The translations under genes and the position numbers were made by a program. Below the pieces are notes generated by a model. The model was not told where the DNA came from. It did not search any database and worked only from the letters and a program-made list of their open reading frames with translations. Source: an uncultured Mycoplasma sp. (GTDB lineage: Bacteria; Bacillota_I; Bacilli_A; RF39; UBA660). Taken from it: a DNA stretch of 64,000 nt. Each line of letters opens with the position of its first letter. Position 1 is the first letter of the stretch. The stretch covers positions 19,208 to 83,207 of the forward strand of contig CABUPU010000003.1 in assembly GCA_902493595.1 (NCBI GenBank), written 5' to 3'. Of this stretch, positions 47,968-59,530 are shown piece by piece.

Positions 47968-48607
47968 TTAAAATCTCCATTAATTTTTCTTTTAAATTTA
48001 AATCTTTGTTATTAACATCAATTTCTACTAATTTATTTAAATCTTTATAATACTCTATTATAGGTAAAGTATTTTGAACATAAGTATCAAAACGAACTTT
48101 AAAACTTTCTTCATTATCATCACCTCTGACAGTAAGTGGAGTTTTACAATCATCACATATTCCTTCAACTTTTGGTTTAAAATCATCAAAGAAAATGTTA
48201 TAACTTCTTCCACACTTATCACAAGTTACTCTACCAAGAGTACGTTTTAAAGCAAGTTCTTTATCAATATTTAAATAAATAACAATATAATTACTAATAT
48301 TTAATTTATCAAATAAAATACTTAAATTTTTTGCTTGATTAATTGTTCTAGGAAATCCATCTAAAATAAATGGTTTATCTAATTTAGATAATGTTTCTTC
48401 GATTAATTTAATCATATAATCATCACTAACAAGTTTGCCAGCATCGATTATTTTTTTTATTTCTTTGCCAAGGCTACTTTGAGAAGCAATTTCACTTCTT
48501 AAAATAGCCCCAGTAGAAATATGTTTACAATCATAAGTATTTTTAAGTATGTCGCTACAAGTACCTTTACCTGCAGCAGGCGGTGCTAAAAATATTATGT
48601 TTTTCAT
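47960..48607 (-). CDS. adk: Adenylate kinase (Zn-lid type)
   Basis: 215 aa: APPAAGKGT; lid CDKCGRSY...CDDC. Confidence 0.95.
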   Translation of the reverse strand: MKNIIFLAPPAAGKGTCSDILKNTYDCKHISTGAILRSEIASQSSLGKEIKKIIDAGKLVSDDYMIKLIEETLSKLDKPFILDGFPRTINQAKNLSILFDKLNISNYIVIYLNIDKELALKRTLGRVTCDKCGRSYNIFFDDFKPKVEGICDDCKTPLTVRGDDNEESFKVRFDTYVQNTLPIIEYYKDLNKLVEIDVNNKDLNLKEKLMEILSD

Positions 48608-49866
48608 CTTAATCTCTTTCTCTTAGAAGAATAACTTCTACTAACAAGACTGCTTTCTAATTGTTTATAAGTTTCTATTGCAACACCTACAACAATTAAT
48701 ATACCTGTTCCACCAATTGTTACATATGATGGAAGTGAAGTAAGTTTTGATAGTAATATAGGCATTCCTGCTAAGATTACTAAGAATAGAGCTCCAACTA
48801 GTGTTAATTTAGATAATGAATTACTAATATATTTAGATGTATCACTACCAGGTCTAATACCAGGAATATAACCTCCATTCTCATTTAAGTTTTTACTCAT
48901 TTCATCTGGATTCATAACAAGGAATGTATAGAAGTAAGCAAATACTACTATTAAAACCAAGTATAATATAAATCCAGTAGTAGAAGTGTACATAATATAT
49001 TTATTTACAAAATCTATTGCACTTTGTTTACCAATTAAGGTAACAATTGTTGCTGGAATAGTTGTAACTATTGAAGCAAATATTACTGGAATAACACTTG
49101 CAGAATTTATTTTTAATGGTAAATAGTTTGTTTGTGCACCATATGCTGAAGATGTTCTATTAGAATATTGAATTGGTATTCTTCTTTCAGCAAGTTGAAC
49201 CCAAATAATTCCAACAATAACAATAACATACACAAGTACAAATAAACTAAATAATATAATTCCAACAGTTTTTGAAAAACTTCCCATTACAAGTGAAGCA
49301 AATGCTCCCCTAAAAATATTTGGCATACTTTGAATGATACCTGCCATTATAAGCATTGATTGTCCATTACCAATACCTTTATTAGTAATTTGATCACCCA
49401 TCCACATACAAAAAGATGTACCAGCAACCATTACTAATGTAGTTTTAATAATTTCCATAGCGGTTAACCCTTTCATATAGAAAGCAGTTAAAGCATAAGC
49501 TTGTAAAAAGGCAATAAATATACCTAAATATCTAGTAATTTTGTTAATCTTTTGTCTTCCAGTATAACCTTGATCTTTAAGATCTTTAAAATAAGGTACA
49601 ATATCCATTTGTAAAATTTCAGTAATAATTGAGGCAGTAATATAAGGGGAAACGCCTAAAGCAAATATTGAAAAATTTGATAGACCTCCACCACTCATTA
49701 CATTGAATATTTCTAGAAAACCTAGTTCTTCATATACTGCTGATGCCCAAGGAATTGTTATAGTTGTACCTAAGCAAAATATTCCTAAACACATCATTGT
49801 AAAATAGATTTTTTTTCTTAAGTCTTTATTACTTTTATTAAAAAATCCTGAAAAACCACGAAACAT
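48604..49866 (-). CDS. secY: Preprotein translocase subunit SecY
   Basis: 420 aa, 10 TM helices, position between rplO and adk. Confidence 0.97.
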   Translation of the reverse strand: MFRGFSGFFNKSNKDLRKKIYFTMMCLGIFCLGTTITIPWASAVYEELGFLEIFNVMSGGGLSNFSIFALGVSPYITASIITEILQMDIVPYFKDLKDQGYTGRQKINKITRYLGIFIAFLQAYALTAFYMKGLTAMEIIKTTLVMVAGTSFCMWMGDQITNKGIGNGQSMLIMAGIIQSMPNIFRGAFASLVMGSFSKTVGIILFSLFVLVYVIVIVGIIWVQLAERRIPIQYSNRTSSAYGAQTNYLPLKINSASVIPVIFASIVTTIPATIVTLIGKQSAIDFVNKYIMYTSTTGFILYLVLIVVFAYFYTFLVMNPDEMSKNLNENGGYIPGIRPGSDTSKYISNSLSKLTLVGALFLVILAGMPILLSKLTSLPSYVTIGGTGILIVVGVAIETYKQLESSLVSRSYSSKRKRLR

Positions 49867-49867
49867 T

Positions 49868-50311
49868 CTAAATCACCTCAGCTTTACCACCAGCATCATT
49901 AATTTTAGTAACGGCTGCACTAGTGAAACGATTAGCTTTAATAGTTAATTTTTTCTCTAAAGTACCATTTCCTAAAACTTTAACTCCATTTAATCCCTTT
50001 TTAAGAATTCTTCTTTCAAATAATACTTCAGGAGTAACAACATCACCATCATTAAAGTATCTATTTAAATCAGATAAATTAATTGTTGCAAATCTGTTAG
50101 CAAAATTTGCATTGTTAAATCCTCTTTTAGGAATTCTTCTATAAAGTGGAGATTGTCCACCTTGGAACCAAGGTTTAATTGAAGCGCCACTTCTAGATTT
50201 TTGTCCATTCTCTCCACGAGTTGAAGTTTTACCCATTCCACTTCCTGGGCCTCTACCAACTCTTTTTCTAGCTTTCATTTCGCTAGTCTTTGGTAAATTT
50301 TCTAATCTCAT
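49868..50311 (-). CDS. rplO: 50S ribosomal protein L15
   Basis: 147 aa. Confidence 0.97.
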   Translation of the reverse strand: MRLENLPKTSEMKARKRVGRGPGSGMGKTSTRGENGQKSRSGASIKPWFQGGQSPLYRRIPKRGFNNANFANRFATINLSDLNRYFNDGDVVTPEVLFERRILKKGLNGVKVLGNGTLEKKLTIKANRFTSAAVTKINDAGGKAEVI

Positions 50312-50814
50312 TATAATTCCTCAACTTTCTTTGATCTAAGTTCAGCAATGTGTTCCTTAGTTCTTTGCATTGTAAGCGCACCTAAAGTAGCTTTTGCAAC
50401 ATTAACTTGAGTATTACTTCCTAAAGATTTAGCAACAATGTCTTTAACACCGGCAAGTTCAAGAACTGCTCTTGCTGCTCCACCAGCGATAATTCCACGA
50501 CCTTCTTTAGCAGGTTTTAATAAAACTACTGCTCTACCAACTTTATAAGTTGCTTCATGAGGTATTGTTCTATTATCAACAAGAGAAATTTTTACAACAT
50601 TTTTATTAGCGGCTTGTAATGCTTTTTTAATTGCTTCAGGAACCTCATTTGCTTTACCAGTTCCAATACCAATTAATCCTTTACGATTACCAACAGCTAC
50701 AGTTGCAGAAAATCTAAAATGTCTTCCGCCTTGAGTAACTTTTGTTACTCTTCCTATATTAATAACTTTTTCTTCTAATAAATTATTTTTTTGTTTATCA
50801 AAATCTTTTGCCAT
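50311..50814 (-). CDS. rpsE: 30S ribosomal protein S5
   Basis: 167 aa. It abuts rplO directly, with no rpmD between them. Confidence 0.97.
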   Translation of the reverse strand: MAKDFDKQKNNLLEEKVINIGRVTKVTQGGRHFRFSATVAVGNRKGLIGIGTGKANEVPEAIKKALQAANKNVVKISLVDNRTIPHEATYKVGRAVVLLKPAKEGRGIIAGGAARAVLELAGVKDIVAKSLGSNTQVNVAKATLGALTMQRTKEHIAELRSKKVEEL

Positions 50815-50823
50815 AATGCCTCC

Positions 50824-51177
50824 TTAAAACTCTAATCCAGCTTCTCTTGCTGCATCAGCTAAAGCTGCTACTCTTCCATGATATAAGAATCCACCACGGT
50901 CAAATACTACTTTATTAATTTTTGCTTTTTTACATTTTGCAGCAATATCTTTTCCTACAGCACAAGCTGCTTCAATATTACCACCATTTTTAATTTTAAG
51001 TTCAAGAGTTGATGAGCTAACTAAAGTTTCACCTTTTGTGTCATCAATAACTTGAGCATAAATAGCTTTATTAGATCTAAATACATTTAGTCTAGGTACT
51101 TCAGTTGTTCCAGAAATACTTTTTCTAACTCTTGTATGTCTTCTTAATCTAGCTTCTCTTTTTTCTTTACTATTCAT
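50824..51177 (-). CDS. rplR: 50S ribosomal protein L18
   Basis: 117 aa. Confidence 0.97.
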   Translation of the reverse strand: MNSKEKREARLRRHTRVRKSISGTTEVPRLNVFRSNKAIYAQVIDDTKGETLVSSSTLELKIKNGGNIEAACAVGKDIAAKCKKAKINKVVFDRGGFLYHGRVAALADAAREAGLEF

Positions 51178-51191
51178 AACATTTTACTCCT

Positions 51192-51731
51192 TTACTTAGC
51201 CGCTTTCTTTCCTTCTTTACGACGGATATGTTCGCCTTTATAACGTATTCCTTTACCTTTATAAGGTTCTGGTTCACGAATTTTACGAATATTTGCCGCA
51301 AATTCAGAAACTTTTTGTTTATCAAATCCACTAATAGAAAGTTCTGTATTAGATGGACTTGTAACTGTTATACCACTTGGTACTACAACATCAATTGTAT
51401 GTGAATATCCAGCGGATACAACAACTTTATTACCAGATACGCTGAAACGATATCCTACACCAACTGCCTCTAAATCTTTTGTATAACCAGTGCTAACACC
51501 AATTAACATATTATTAATATTTGAGTTTGTTGTTCCTGAAAGAATATTTGCTTCTTTAGTATCTTTCACTTTTTCAGTAGTAATTTCATTACCTTCAACA
51601 ACTACTTTAACTAAAGGACTAACGGAAAGAGTTAACTCTCCTTTAACTCCTTTTACAGTAACAATACCATCATTAAATGAAACTGTTACACCTTCTGGGA
51701 TAGTTAGTTTTCTATTACCAATTCTACTCAT
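51192..51731 (-). CDS. rplF: 50S ribosomal protein L6
   Basis: 179 aa. Confidence 0.97.
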   Translation of the reverse strand: MSRIGNRKLTIPEGVTVSFNDGIVTVKGVKGELTLSVSPLVKVVVEGNEITTEKVKDTKEANILSGTTNSNINNMLIGVSTGYTKDLEAVGVGYRFSVSGNKVVVSAGYSHTIDVVVPSGITVTSPSNTELSISGFDKQKVSEFAANIRKIREPEPYKGKGIRYKGEHIRRKEGKKAAK

Positions 51732-51738
51732 AGACTAC

Positions 51739-52137
51739 TTACCAAATATAGGCAAGTACTTCACCTCCTAACCCTTTTTCTCTAGCTTCTTTATCAGTCA
51801 TTAAGCCTTGAGAAGTAGATATAATTGCAATTCCTAAACCATTTAATACTCTAGGAAGTTTATCAGCTTGAGCATAAACTCTTAAACCTGATTTACTAAT
51901 TCTTTTTAATCCAGTAATAACTCTTTCTTTTTTATTTCCATATTTTAAAGTTAAAGTCATTTTATCACCGTTACTATTTTTTGTATATTTGTAATCAGTA
52001 ATATAACCTTCATTTTTAAGAATTTCAGCAATACCTTTAGTCATTTTAGTTCCTTCAACTTCAACTTCAGTGTATCTCATTTGATTTGCATTTCTTATTC
52101 TTGTTAGCATATCTGCTATTTTATCTTGTACAAACAT
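51739..52137 (-). CDS. rpsH: 30S ribosomal protein S8
   Basis: 132 aa. Confidence 0.97.
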   Translation of the reverse strand: MFVQDKIADMLTRIRNANQMRYTEVEVEGTKMTKGIAEILKNEGYITDYKYTKNSNGDKMTLTLKYGNKKERVITGLKRISKSGLRVYAQADKLPRVLNGLGIAIISTSQGLMTDKEAREKGLGGEVLAYIW

Positions 52138-52152
52138 TATTATATCTCCTTT

Positions 52153-52338
52153 CTACCAACTAGACTTCTTAACGCCTGGAATTTGTCCTTTATTAGCAAG
52201 TTCTCTGAAGCAAATACGACATAATCCAAATTTTCTTAGTACACCATGAGGTCTACCACATCTTTTGCATCTAGTATAAGCTCTAACTTGAAATTTAGGT
52301 TTACGATTATTTTTTACAATCATACTTGTTTTTGCCAT
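52153..52338 (-). CDS. rpsN: 30S ribosomal protein S14 type Z (zinc-binding)
   Basis: 61 aa: [20 protein letters not shown]. Confidence 0.97.
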   Translation of the reverse strand: MAKTSMIVKNNRKPKFQVRAYTRCKRCGRPHGVLRKFGLCRICFRELANKGQIPGVKKSSW

Positions 52339-52350
52339 ATTTTACTCTCC

Positions 52351-52890
52351 TTATCCTCTAAAAGGCATTCCAAATGCTTTTAGTAATGAACGTGCTTCAT
52401 CATTAGATTTTGCAGTTGTTACAATAACAATATCCATTCCTCTAACTTTTAAAACATCGTCATAATTTATTTCAGGGAATATAAGTTGTTCTTTAACTCC
52501 CATAGTAAAGTTTCCTTTACCATCAAAACTTTTTGGTGATACACCTCTGAAATCTCTAACACGAGGAAGTGCAATCTTAATTAATTTTTCTAAGAAAGCA
52601 TACATATTTTCACCACGAAGAGTTACTTTAACACCAATAGGTTGTCCCTCTCTTAATTTAAAACCAGCAATTGATTTATGAGCTTTAGTAACTACAGGTT
52701 TTTGACCAGCAATTAAAGTTAAATCTTTTACTGCGGCATCAATGAATTTAGAATCATTAGCACCTTCACCAACACCCATATTAATTACGATTTTAGTGAT
52801 TTTAGGAACTTGCATTACAGTAGTATAATTATATTCCTTCATTAAACTATTTTTAATTTCTTTTTCATATAAAGTTTTAAAATTACTCAT
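52351..52890 (-). CDS. rplE: 50S ribosomal protein L5
   Basis: 179 aa. Confidence 0.97.
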   Translation of the reverse strand: MSNFKTLYEKEIKNSLMKEYNYTTVMQVPKITKIVINMGVGEGANDSKFIDAAVKDLTLIAGQKPVVTKAHKSIAGFKLREGQPIGVKVTLRGENMYAFLEKLIKIALPRVRDFRGVSPKSFDGKGNFTMGVKEQLIFPEINYDDVLKVRGMDIVIVTTAKSNDEARSLLKAFGMPFRG

Positions 52891-52897
52891 AATTCAC

Positions 52898-53206
52898 CTA
52901 CTTTGCTTCCTTTTTGCTAGTAGTTTTCTTTTTTGAAGTTTCTTTCTTTGCTTCAGATTTAACTACTTTAGCTTTTTCTTCTTTATTATTGTTTATAACT
53001 TTTACATTAGATACATGAATAGGTGCTTCAATATCAAATATTCCACCTTTGTCTTCAGTAGTTCTAGGTTTAGAATGTTTCTTAACCATATTTAAACCCT
53101 CAACAACAACTTTATCTAATTTTTTATAAGTTTTAATTACTTTGCCTTCTTTACCTTTGTCTTTTCCAGCAATAACTAATACTTTATCTCCTACTTTAAC
53201 TTTCAT
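52898..53206 (-). CDS. rplX: 50S ribosomal protein L24 (K/E-rich C-terminal extension)
   Basis: 102 aa. Confidence 0.95.
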   Translation of the reverse strand: MKVKVGDKVLVIAGKDKGKEGKVIKTYKKLDKVVVEGLNMVKKHSKPRTTEDKGGIFDIEAPIHVSNVKVINNNKEEKAKVVKSEAKKETSKKKTTSKKEAK

Positions 53207-53214
53207 ATATCCTC

Positions 53215-53583
53215 CTATAAAACCTCAGGTGCAAGTGATACAATTTTGTGATATTCTTTTTCACGAAGTTCTCTAGCAACTGGGCCTAAAACTCTTGTAC
53301 CGATTGGAGTTTTATCATCTTTAATTAATACGCAAGCGTTATCATCAAATTTAATATAACTTCCGTCTTTTCTTCTAACACCTTGAACAGTTCTTACTAT
53401 AACTGCTTTTACAACTTTACCTTCTTTTACAGGACTATTAGGTATAGCTTTTTTAACAGTACCAACGATTACATCACCGATATTAGCACTTTTAACTTTA
53501 CTTCCACCCATAACACGGATAACTAAAAGTTCTCTTGCGCCAGAGTTATCAGCAACTTTTAATCTACTTTCTTGCATTACCAT
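53215..53583 (-). CDS. rplN: 50S ribosomal protein L14
   Basis: 122 aa: [13 protein letters not shown]. Confidence 0.97.
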   Translation of the reverse strand: MVMQESRLKVADNSGARELLVIRVMGGSKVKSANIGDVIVGTVKKAIPNSPVKEGKVVKAVIVRTVQGVRRKDGSYIKFDDNACVLIKDDKTPIGTRVLGPVARELREKEYHKIVSLAPEVL

Positions 53584-53594
53584 AATATTACCTC

Positions 53595-53852
53595 CTATAA
53601 AATTACAGCTTTTTCAATAACTTTAACTAATTCATATCTTTTAGTTTTTGATAAAGGTCTTGTCATTGAAATTCTAACTGTATCTCCTACTTTTGCTTCA
53701 TTCTTTTCATCATGAGCAGCATATTTTTTAGAATATTTAACTCTTTTACCATATAATGGATGTGTTTTATAAGTTTCTACTAAAACAGTAATTGTTTTAT
53801 CGTTTTTATCACTAACAACTTTACCAATTAATTCTTGTTTTGCTTTTTCCAT
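53595..53852 (-). CDS. rpsQ: 30S ribosomal protein S17
   Basis: 85 aa. Confidence 0.97.
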   Translation of the reverse strand: MEKAKQELIGKVVSDKNDKTITVLVETYKTHPLYGKRVKYSKKYAAHDEKNEAKVGDTVRISMTRPLSKTKRYELVKVIEKAVIL

Positions 53853-54061
53853 TATTTTTCACCATCCATTTCTCTTTCTGTTAATACAGTTTTAAGTCTT
53901 GCAATTTCTTTACGAAGTTGTCTTAAAACTACAGGTTTTTCTAAAGTTCCAGAAGATTGAGCTAATCTATTTTTAAATAGTTCTTCTTTATCTTCTATGA
54001 TCTTCTTTTTAATATCTTCATTACTTAATTTTCTTATTTCATTAATTTCCAAGAGTTTCAC
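53852..54061 (-). CDS. rpmC: 50S ribosomal protein L29
   Basis: 69 aa. Confidence 0.95.
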   Translation of the reverse strand: MKLLEINEIRKLSNEDIKKKIIEDKEELFKNRLAQSSGTLEKPVVLRQLRKEIARLKTVLTEREMDGEK

Positions 54062-54467
54062 TCTCCTTCATAACAAATTTAGTTTTGATTGAAAGCTTAT
54101 GAGAAGCAAGTCTTAAAGCTTCTCTAGCAATTTCTTCAGAAACATCACTAATTTCAAACATGATCTTTCCTTGTTTAACAACTGCTACCCATTCTTCAAC
54201 GTTACCTTTACCTTTACCTTGTCTAGTTTCTAGAGGTTTTCTAGTTCTTGGCATATGTGGGAATATATTAATATATACTTTACCACCACGTTTCATATAA
54301 CGAGTCATTGCAATACGTGCAGCTTCAATTTGTCTAGCAGAAATCCATCCGCCTTCCATAGCCATAAGGCCAAATTCACCATTATTTAGGGTAAGATTTC
54401 CTTTTGCTTTGCCTTCATAACTTAGTCTATGACTTTTACGATATTTAGTTCTTTTTGGCATTAACAT
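54042..54467 (-). CDS. rplP: 50S ribosomal protein L16
   Basis: 141 aa, [11 protein letters not shown]. Confidence 0.97.
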   Translation of the reverse strand: MLMPKRTKYRKSHRLSYEGKAKGNLTLNNGEFGLMAMEGGWISARQIEAARIAMTRYMKRGGKVYINIFPHMPRTRKPLETRQGKGKGNVEEWVAVVKQGKIMFEISDVSEEIAREALRLASHKLSIKTKFVMKESETLGN

Positions 54468-55122
54468 CTTTCATCTCTCCCTTCTTAACATTTCTAGTTT
54501 TAAGTATTTCATCTTTATAAATCCATACTTTAACTCCGATTTTTCCGTAGATTGTATTTGCTTCACTTGTAGCATAATCTACATCAGCTCTAATTGTATG
54601 TAAAGGTACTGTACCTTCAGTATAGCCTTCAGTTCTAGCCATTTCAGCTCCGCCAAGTCTTCCTGATACAGCAGTTTTAATACCTTTAGCTCCAGCTTTC
54701 ATTGTATTTCTGATAGCTCTTTTTTGAACACTTCTAAAAGGTGCACGAGCTTCAATTTGCATTGCTATATTATCTGCAACAAGTTGAGCATTTAAATCAG
54801 GGTTCTTTTCTTCAACTATGTTAATATAAATTTCTTCATTAACAAGTTTAGAAATTTTCTTTCTAAGTTTTTCAATATCTTCTCCACCACGGCCAATTAT
54901 AACACCAGGTCTTGCAGTATAAATTGTAAGTTCAACTTTATTTTTTCTTCTTTCAATTACTACTTTAGATATAGAAGCACTTTTAAGATTTTTTTCAATA
55001 TATTCTCTTATTTTGATATCGTTAATTAATTTAGTTGAGTAATCTTTTTCAGCATACCAACGAGAATCCCAATCTTTATTAACACCAATACGATATCCTA
55101 TAGGATTAACTTTTTGTCCCAT
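54445..55122 (-). CDS. rpsC: 30S ribosomal protein S3
   Basis: 225 aa, [13 protein letters not shown]. Confidence 0.97.
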   Translation of the reverse strand: MGQKVNPIGYRIGVNKDWDSRWYAEKDYSTKLINDIKIREYIEKNLKSASISKVVIERRKNKVELTIYTARPGVIIGRGGEDIEKLRKKISKLVNEEIYINIVEEKNPDLNAQLVADNIAMQIEARAPFRSVQKRAIRNTMKAGAKGIKTAVSGRLGGAEMARTEGYTEGTVPLHTIRADVDYATSEANTIYGKIGVKVWIYKDEILKTRNVKKGEMKDVNAKKN

Positions 55123-55124
55123 AA

Positions 55125-55469
55125 TTATTTAGCCTCCTTATTATCAGTAACATAAATTACAATATGACTTGTTCTTTTATCATGTCTATCAACATTTCCT
55201 CTTGAAGCAAATTGAATTCTTTTGTAGATTGGTCCTGGATTAATAAAACATTTACTAATAACTAAATCATTTTCATTTGCACCATTATTATTTACTGCAT
55301 TTGCAACTGCTGAGTTTAAAACTTTTAATATCATTTTACTAGCTTTAGTATTAGTATTTTCAAGAATTCCTCTTGCAGTTTCAACATCTTTTCCACGAAT
55401 TAAATCCATAGTCATTCTTGCAAGTCTAGGTTTAATCATTGCAGTATTATGTTTTGCATAAGTTTCCAT
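55125..55469 (-). CDS. rplV: 50S ribosomal protein L22
   Basis: 114 aa. Confidence 0.97.
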   Translation of the reverse strand: METYAKHNTAMIKPRLARMTMDLIRGKDVETARGILENTNTKASKMILKVLNSAVANAVNNNGANENDLVISKCFINPGPIYKRIQFASRGNVDRHDKRTSHIVIYVTDNKEAK

Positions 55470-55477
55470 GTTACCTC

Positions 55478-55741
55478 CTATTTATTTCCAGCATGGCCAG
55501 TAAATTTACGAGTTTGTGAAAATTCTCCTAATTTATGACCAACCATTTCTTCAGTAATATATACAGGTATAAAATCTTTACCATTATGAACTGCAATTGT
55601 ATGTCCTACAAATTCAGGATAAATAGTACTTCTTCTTGACCAAGTTTTTACTACTGATTTTTTATTTTCTTCATTTAATTTATTAATTTTTTTCATAATG
55701 CTATCATCAACGAAAGCACCTTTTTTTAAACTTCTTGCCAT
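55478..55741 (-). CDS. rpsS: 30S ribosomal protein S19
   Basis: 87 aa. Confidence 0.97.
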   Translation of the reverse strand: MARSLKKGAFVDDSIMKKINKLNEENKKSVVKTWSRRSTIYPEFVGHTIAVHNGKDFIPVYITEEMVGHKLGEFSQTRKFTGHAGNK

Positions 55742-55750
55742 TATTCCTCC

Positions 55751-56581
55751 CTATTTAGTCTTCCTACTTATAATAAGTTTACTAGATGCCTTTTTAGGTT
55801 TTCTAGTTTTAACACCAAGAGCAGGTTTACCCCAAGGAGTCATTGGACTCTTTCTACCAATTGGAGCACGTCCTTCTCCACCACCATGTGGGTGATCGTT
55901 AGGGTTCATTACAGAACCACGGTTTGTAGGTCTAATTCCAAGATATCTAGTTCTACCTGCTTTACCAATATTAACTAGGTTAGCATCTTCATTACCAACA
56001 ACACCGATTGTTGCTATACATCTATCAAGAACTTTTCTTGTTTCTCCAGATTGAAGTCTAAGAAGAACATATTTATCCTCTCTACCAAGAATTTGAGCAG
56101 ATGCACCAGCACTACGACAAATTTCAGCACCTTTACCAGGTTTAAGTTCTATACAATGAACAAGTGTACCTACTGGAATATTTTTAAGTGGTAATGCATT
56201 ACCTACTTTAATATCAGCATTCTCACCATTTTCAATAATAGCGCCTACTTTTAAATCTTTTGGAGCAATAATATATCTTTTTTCTCCATCTTTATAGTTA
56301 ATTAAAGCAATATTTGCTGTTCTGTTTGGATCATATTCAATGGTTGCAACTTTACCTGTAACACCGATTTTATTTCTTTTAAAATCAATTACACGATATT
56401 TTCTTTTAGCTCCACCACCAATGTGTCTAACAGTCATTTTACCTTGATTATTTCTACCACCAGTTTTTTTAACTTTACCAAGTAATCCTTTAGTAGGAGT
56501 TTTTGTTGTAATTTCTTCATTAACAAGAGTACTCATGCCTCTTCTACCATTTGTAACTGGTTTATAATGTCTTATAGCCAT
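55751..56581 (-). CDS. rplB: 50S ribosomal protein L2
   Basis: 276 aa: [14 protein letters not shown]. Confidence 0.97.
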   Translation of the reverse strand: MAIRHYKPVTNGRRGMSTLVNEEITTKTPTKGLLGKVKKTGGRNNQGKMTVRHIGGGAKRKYRVIDFKRNKIGVTGKVATIEYDPNRTANIALINYKDGEKRYIIAPKDLKVGAIIENGENADIKVGNALPLKNIPVGTLVHCIELKPGKGAEICRSAGASAQILGREDKYVLLRLQSGETRKVLDRCIATIGVVGNEDANLVNIGKAGRTRYLGIRPTNRGSVMNPNDHPHGGGEGRAPIGRKSPMTPWGKPALGVKTRKPKKASSKLIISRKTK

Positions 56582-56596
56582 AATTTCTCCTTTCTA

Positions 56597-56872
56597 CTAA
56601 AGTTCTATAGAAGAACCATCTTTTAATGTTACCATTGCTTTTTTATAAGTCTTTGTTCTTCCTTGATACTTTCCAACTCTTCTTTTTTTAGATTTAGTGT
56701 TTAGAGTATTAACACTTTTAACTTCTACTTTAAAAGCATCTTCAATAGCTTTTTTAATTTCAGTTTTAGTAGCATCCTTAGCAACTTTAAATGTATAAAC
56801 ATTTTCACTTCTTAATGCCATACTTTTTTCAGTAACTACTGGTGCAATTATAATTTCAGAATAATGTCTCAT
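56597..56872 (-). CDS. rplW: 50S ribosomal protein L23
   Basis: 91 aa. Confidence 0.97.
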   Translation of the reverse strand: MRHYSEIIIAPVVTEKSMALRSENVYTFKVAKDATKTEIKKAIEDAFKVEVKSVNTLNTKSKKRRVGKYQGRTKTYKKAMVTLKDGSSIEL

Positions 56873-57495
56873 TATTTAAGTGCCTCCTCTACCATTTTAA
56901 TACTTGCTTCATCAAATACAACGTAATCAGCGTTTAAAATATCATAAACATTGATTTCATCTGGAAATAATACAAGTACATTATTTAAATTTCTTGTTGC
57001 CATATATAAGTTTTCTGCTTCTTCACTAGCAACAAATAATACTTTCCCATCAAGTTTTAAATTATTTAATAATTCAACACCTGTTTTTGTTTTAAAATTA
57101 TCTAATTTAAGGTTATCAATAACCATTAATTTCTTTTCATTTAATTTACTAACTAAAGCGCTCTTTAATGCTAGAACTCTTTCTTTACGATTAATTTTAA
57201 ATGAATAATCTCTTGGAGTAGGTCCAAATACAATTCCACCTTTTCTCCATTGAGCAGCACGAATAGAACCTTGTCTTGCTCTACCGGTACCTTTTTGTTT
57301 CCATGGTTTTCTTCCACCGCCTGATACTTCACTTCTTGTTTTTACTTTTGCAGTACCTTGTCTTGAAGCATTAAGTTGAAGTCTAACCATTTTCTTCATA
57401 GCAAGTTCATTAACTTCAATTCCAAAAACTTCAGAATTTAAAGTAATATCACTAACTTTTTCGCCTTTTAAATTATTAATACTTAACTTTGTCAT
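56872..57495 (-). CDS. rplD: 50S ribosomal protein L4
   Basis: 207 aa. Confidence 0.97.
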   Translation of the reverse strand: MTKLSINNLKGEKVSDITLNSEVFGIEVNELAMKKMVRLQLNASRQGTAKVKTRSEVSGGGRKPWKQKGTGRARQGSIRAAQWRKGGIVFGPTPRDYSFKINRKERVLALKSALVSKLNEKKLMVIDNLKLDNFKTKTGVELLNNLKLDGKVLFVASEEAENLYMATRNLNNVLVLFPDEINVYDILNADYVVFDEASIKMVEEALK

Positions 57496-57515
57496 TTTTA
57501 TCCTCCTTTAAAAGA

Positions 57516-58250
57516 CTACTTGTCTTCCTTTACTTCAGTAACTGTTTCAGTTTCTACAGGAGTTACTACTTCTTCAGCATCTACTACAGATTCTTCATAA
57601 CTAATAATTTCCTTTGGATTAACTTTTTTGTTACCTTTGATTGCAGTTTTAATTAAAACAATTGAATTTTTAGCACCAGGAACATTACCACTAATTAAAA
57701 TATAGTTTTCATTAGTATTTGTTTCGATGATTTCAAGGTTTTGAATTGTAACTGTTTCAACTCCCATATGTCCTGCAAGTTTTTTACCTTTTAGAACTCT
57801 TTTTGGAAGCATAGTTCCAAGTGAACCTGGTCTTCTATGATAATGTGAACCATGTCCCATTGGTCCTCTTGATTGGTTGTGTCTTTTAATAACACCAGCA
57901 AATCCTTTACCTTTTGTAGTTCCAGTTACATCAACTATTTCTCCAACAGTAAATAAATCTGCAGTAATCTCATCTCCTATATTATAAGAGCCTTCATAGT
58001 CTCTTATTTCTTTTAAGAAGCGCTTAGGAGTTGTATTTGCTTTTTTTGCACTTCCGATTTCAGCCTTATTGGCTCTATTTGCTTTTTTGTCAATTGCGCC
58101 AAGTTGGATTGCATTATAACCATCTTTTTCTGTAGTTTTAACTTGCATTACTTTATTTGGTAGAACTTCAACAACTGTAACAGGGATTAGTTTACCATCT
58201 TTAGTAAATACACTAGTCATTCCAACTTTACGTCCTAAGATTCCTTTCAT
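57516..58250 (-). CDS. rplC: 50S ribosomal protein L3 (acidic C-terminal extension)
   Basis: 244 aa. Confidence 0.97.
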   Translation of the reverse strand: MKGILGRKVGMTSVFTKDGKLIPVTVVEVLPNKVMQVKTTEKDGYNAIQLGAIDKKANRANKAEIGSAKKANTTPKRFLKEIRDYEGSYNIGDEITADLFTVGEIVDVTGTTKGKGFAGVIKRHNQSRGPMGHGSHYHRRPGSLGTMLPKRVLKGKKLAGHMGVETVTIQNLEIIETNTNENYILISGNVPGAKNSIVLIKTAIKGNKKVNPKEIISYEESVVDAEEVVTPVETETVTEVKEDK

Positions 58251-58270
58251 TTTCTCTTTCCTTCCTTTTC

Positions 58271-58579
58271 TTATAATTTAATATTAATTTGAACGCCACT
58301 TGGTAAATCTAAATGAGATAGCGCATCAACTGTTTCTTTGCTTGGGTTTTTAATATCAATAAGTCTCTTGTGAGTTCTTCTTTCAAATTGTTCACGAGAA
58401 TCTTTATATTTATGTACAGCTCTTAATACTGTAAATTTTTCAATTTCAGTAGGTAGAGGCACAGGTCCTGATATTTCTCCCCCAGTTCTTTTTACTGTTT
58501 CACATATTTTTCCAGCAGCTACATCAAGTATTCTGTGGTCATATGCTTTTAAAGTAATACGAATTTCTTGTTTTGCCAT
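58271..58579 (-). CDS. rpsJ: 30S ribosomal protein S10
   Basis: 102 aa. Confidence 0.97.
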   Translation of the reverse strand: MAKQEIRITLKAYDHRILDVAAGKICETVKRTGGEISGPVPLPTEIEKFTVLRAVHKYKDSREQFERRTHKRLIDIKNPSKETVDALSHLDLPSGVQINIKL

Positions 58580-58741
58580 TTTCTTTCTCCTTTCGTCTAT
58601 ATTAAATATAGGCTTGCTCCGTACAAATTACCCGACAAACTATAAAATATATTTACCAACTATTCCTAGTGTATCAGCAACCTCGCACATCACAGCAGTC
58701 ATACATAGACAATATTATCATAAAGTAACCTCCAAATGCAA
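58580..58741 (-). promoter_or_regulatory. S10-operon promoter and about 130-nt G/C-enriched leader
   Basis: On the minus strand: TTGCAT (58741-58736), 18 nt, TGaTAATAT (-10 at 58717-58712). The leader contains GACTGCTGTGATGTGCGAGGTTGCTGATACACTAGG... before AAAGGAG-ATG. Confidence 0.5.
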
Positions 58742-58957
58742 GTGTTTTTTGCATTTTTTTAAAAATAAATAACTTTTTTGAAAAAATAAAAAGGATGAAA
58801 CAATAAATATATGTTTCATCTATTTAAATATAAGTATTATTTTAAATAAAATAGAAAAATACACTTACAAAAGGCTTTTAACATGATAGGCCTATTTTCT
58901 AGCATTTTAACGATTTTTGCACCTTTTGTACCCACTTTTAAAAAAATACTATAATAT

Positions 58958-59485
58958 TTACCTTTTATAAATGATATCTCTATATTCTTTCTCATACTTA
59001 AGTAATTTTTCTTCTCTACCTTTTTTAATATTATTATTTGAATTAACCATCCTTAAACCATTTTTTAAAAAATCGGCAAATGTTAATGATATCAAGGAAT
59101 TATTTTTTACATCATAAAGTAATCCATCAATATTATATTGAATCGCTGAAAATAAATCTTCAGAAAGCCATAAATCTATATTTGTACCATTATATTCAAA
59201 CTTAAATCCGCCAAATTTATTTCTATCTGGATGTATTTTATAAATTTTAAATACTTCATTAATCCATTTTTCATCATTTCCAAGAACAACAAAATCTAAG
59301 TCTTTTGGAATTTTTGCAACTAATAAATCTCTAATACCACCACCTAGTAAATAAATATTAGAATGCTTTGATATTGTATATGCAGGATAAAAATGATTTT
59401 TAATATATCTTTGAATCCTCATTTGAAAATTTATATCACTAATAAACTCATCATCGTTATCATTATATTTAATTTCTAAATCCAT
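58958..59485 (-). CDS. Minimal nucleotidyltransferase (PolyA_pol/CCA-adding head-domain-like)
   Basis: 175 aa. GGGIRDLLVAKIPKDLDFVV matches the GGxVRD...DxD head-domain motif. Confidence 0.6.
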   Translation of the reverse strand: MDLEIKYNDNDDEFISDINFQMRIQRYIKNHFYPAYTISKHSNIYLLGGGIRDLLVAKIPKDLDFVVLGNDEKWINEVFKIYKIHPDRNKFGGFKFEYNGTNIDLWLSEDLFSAIQYNIDGLLYDVKNNSLISLTFADFLKNGLRMVNSNNNIKKGREEKLLKYEKEYRDIIYKR

Positions 59486-59530
59486 ATATTTTACCTCCTA
59501 CATTGCTTGTTATTAAAAAAAATGAAGATA

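Noticed and set aside
58734-58760. Hairpin AAATGCAA-N7-TTGCATTT plus T-run as a terminator
   Set aside because: The T-run follows the hairpin only on the plus strand, where there is no upstream gene. On the minus strand it overlaps the predicted -35 of the S10 promoter, so it is not called as a terminator.
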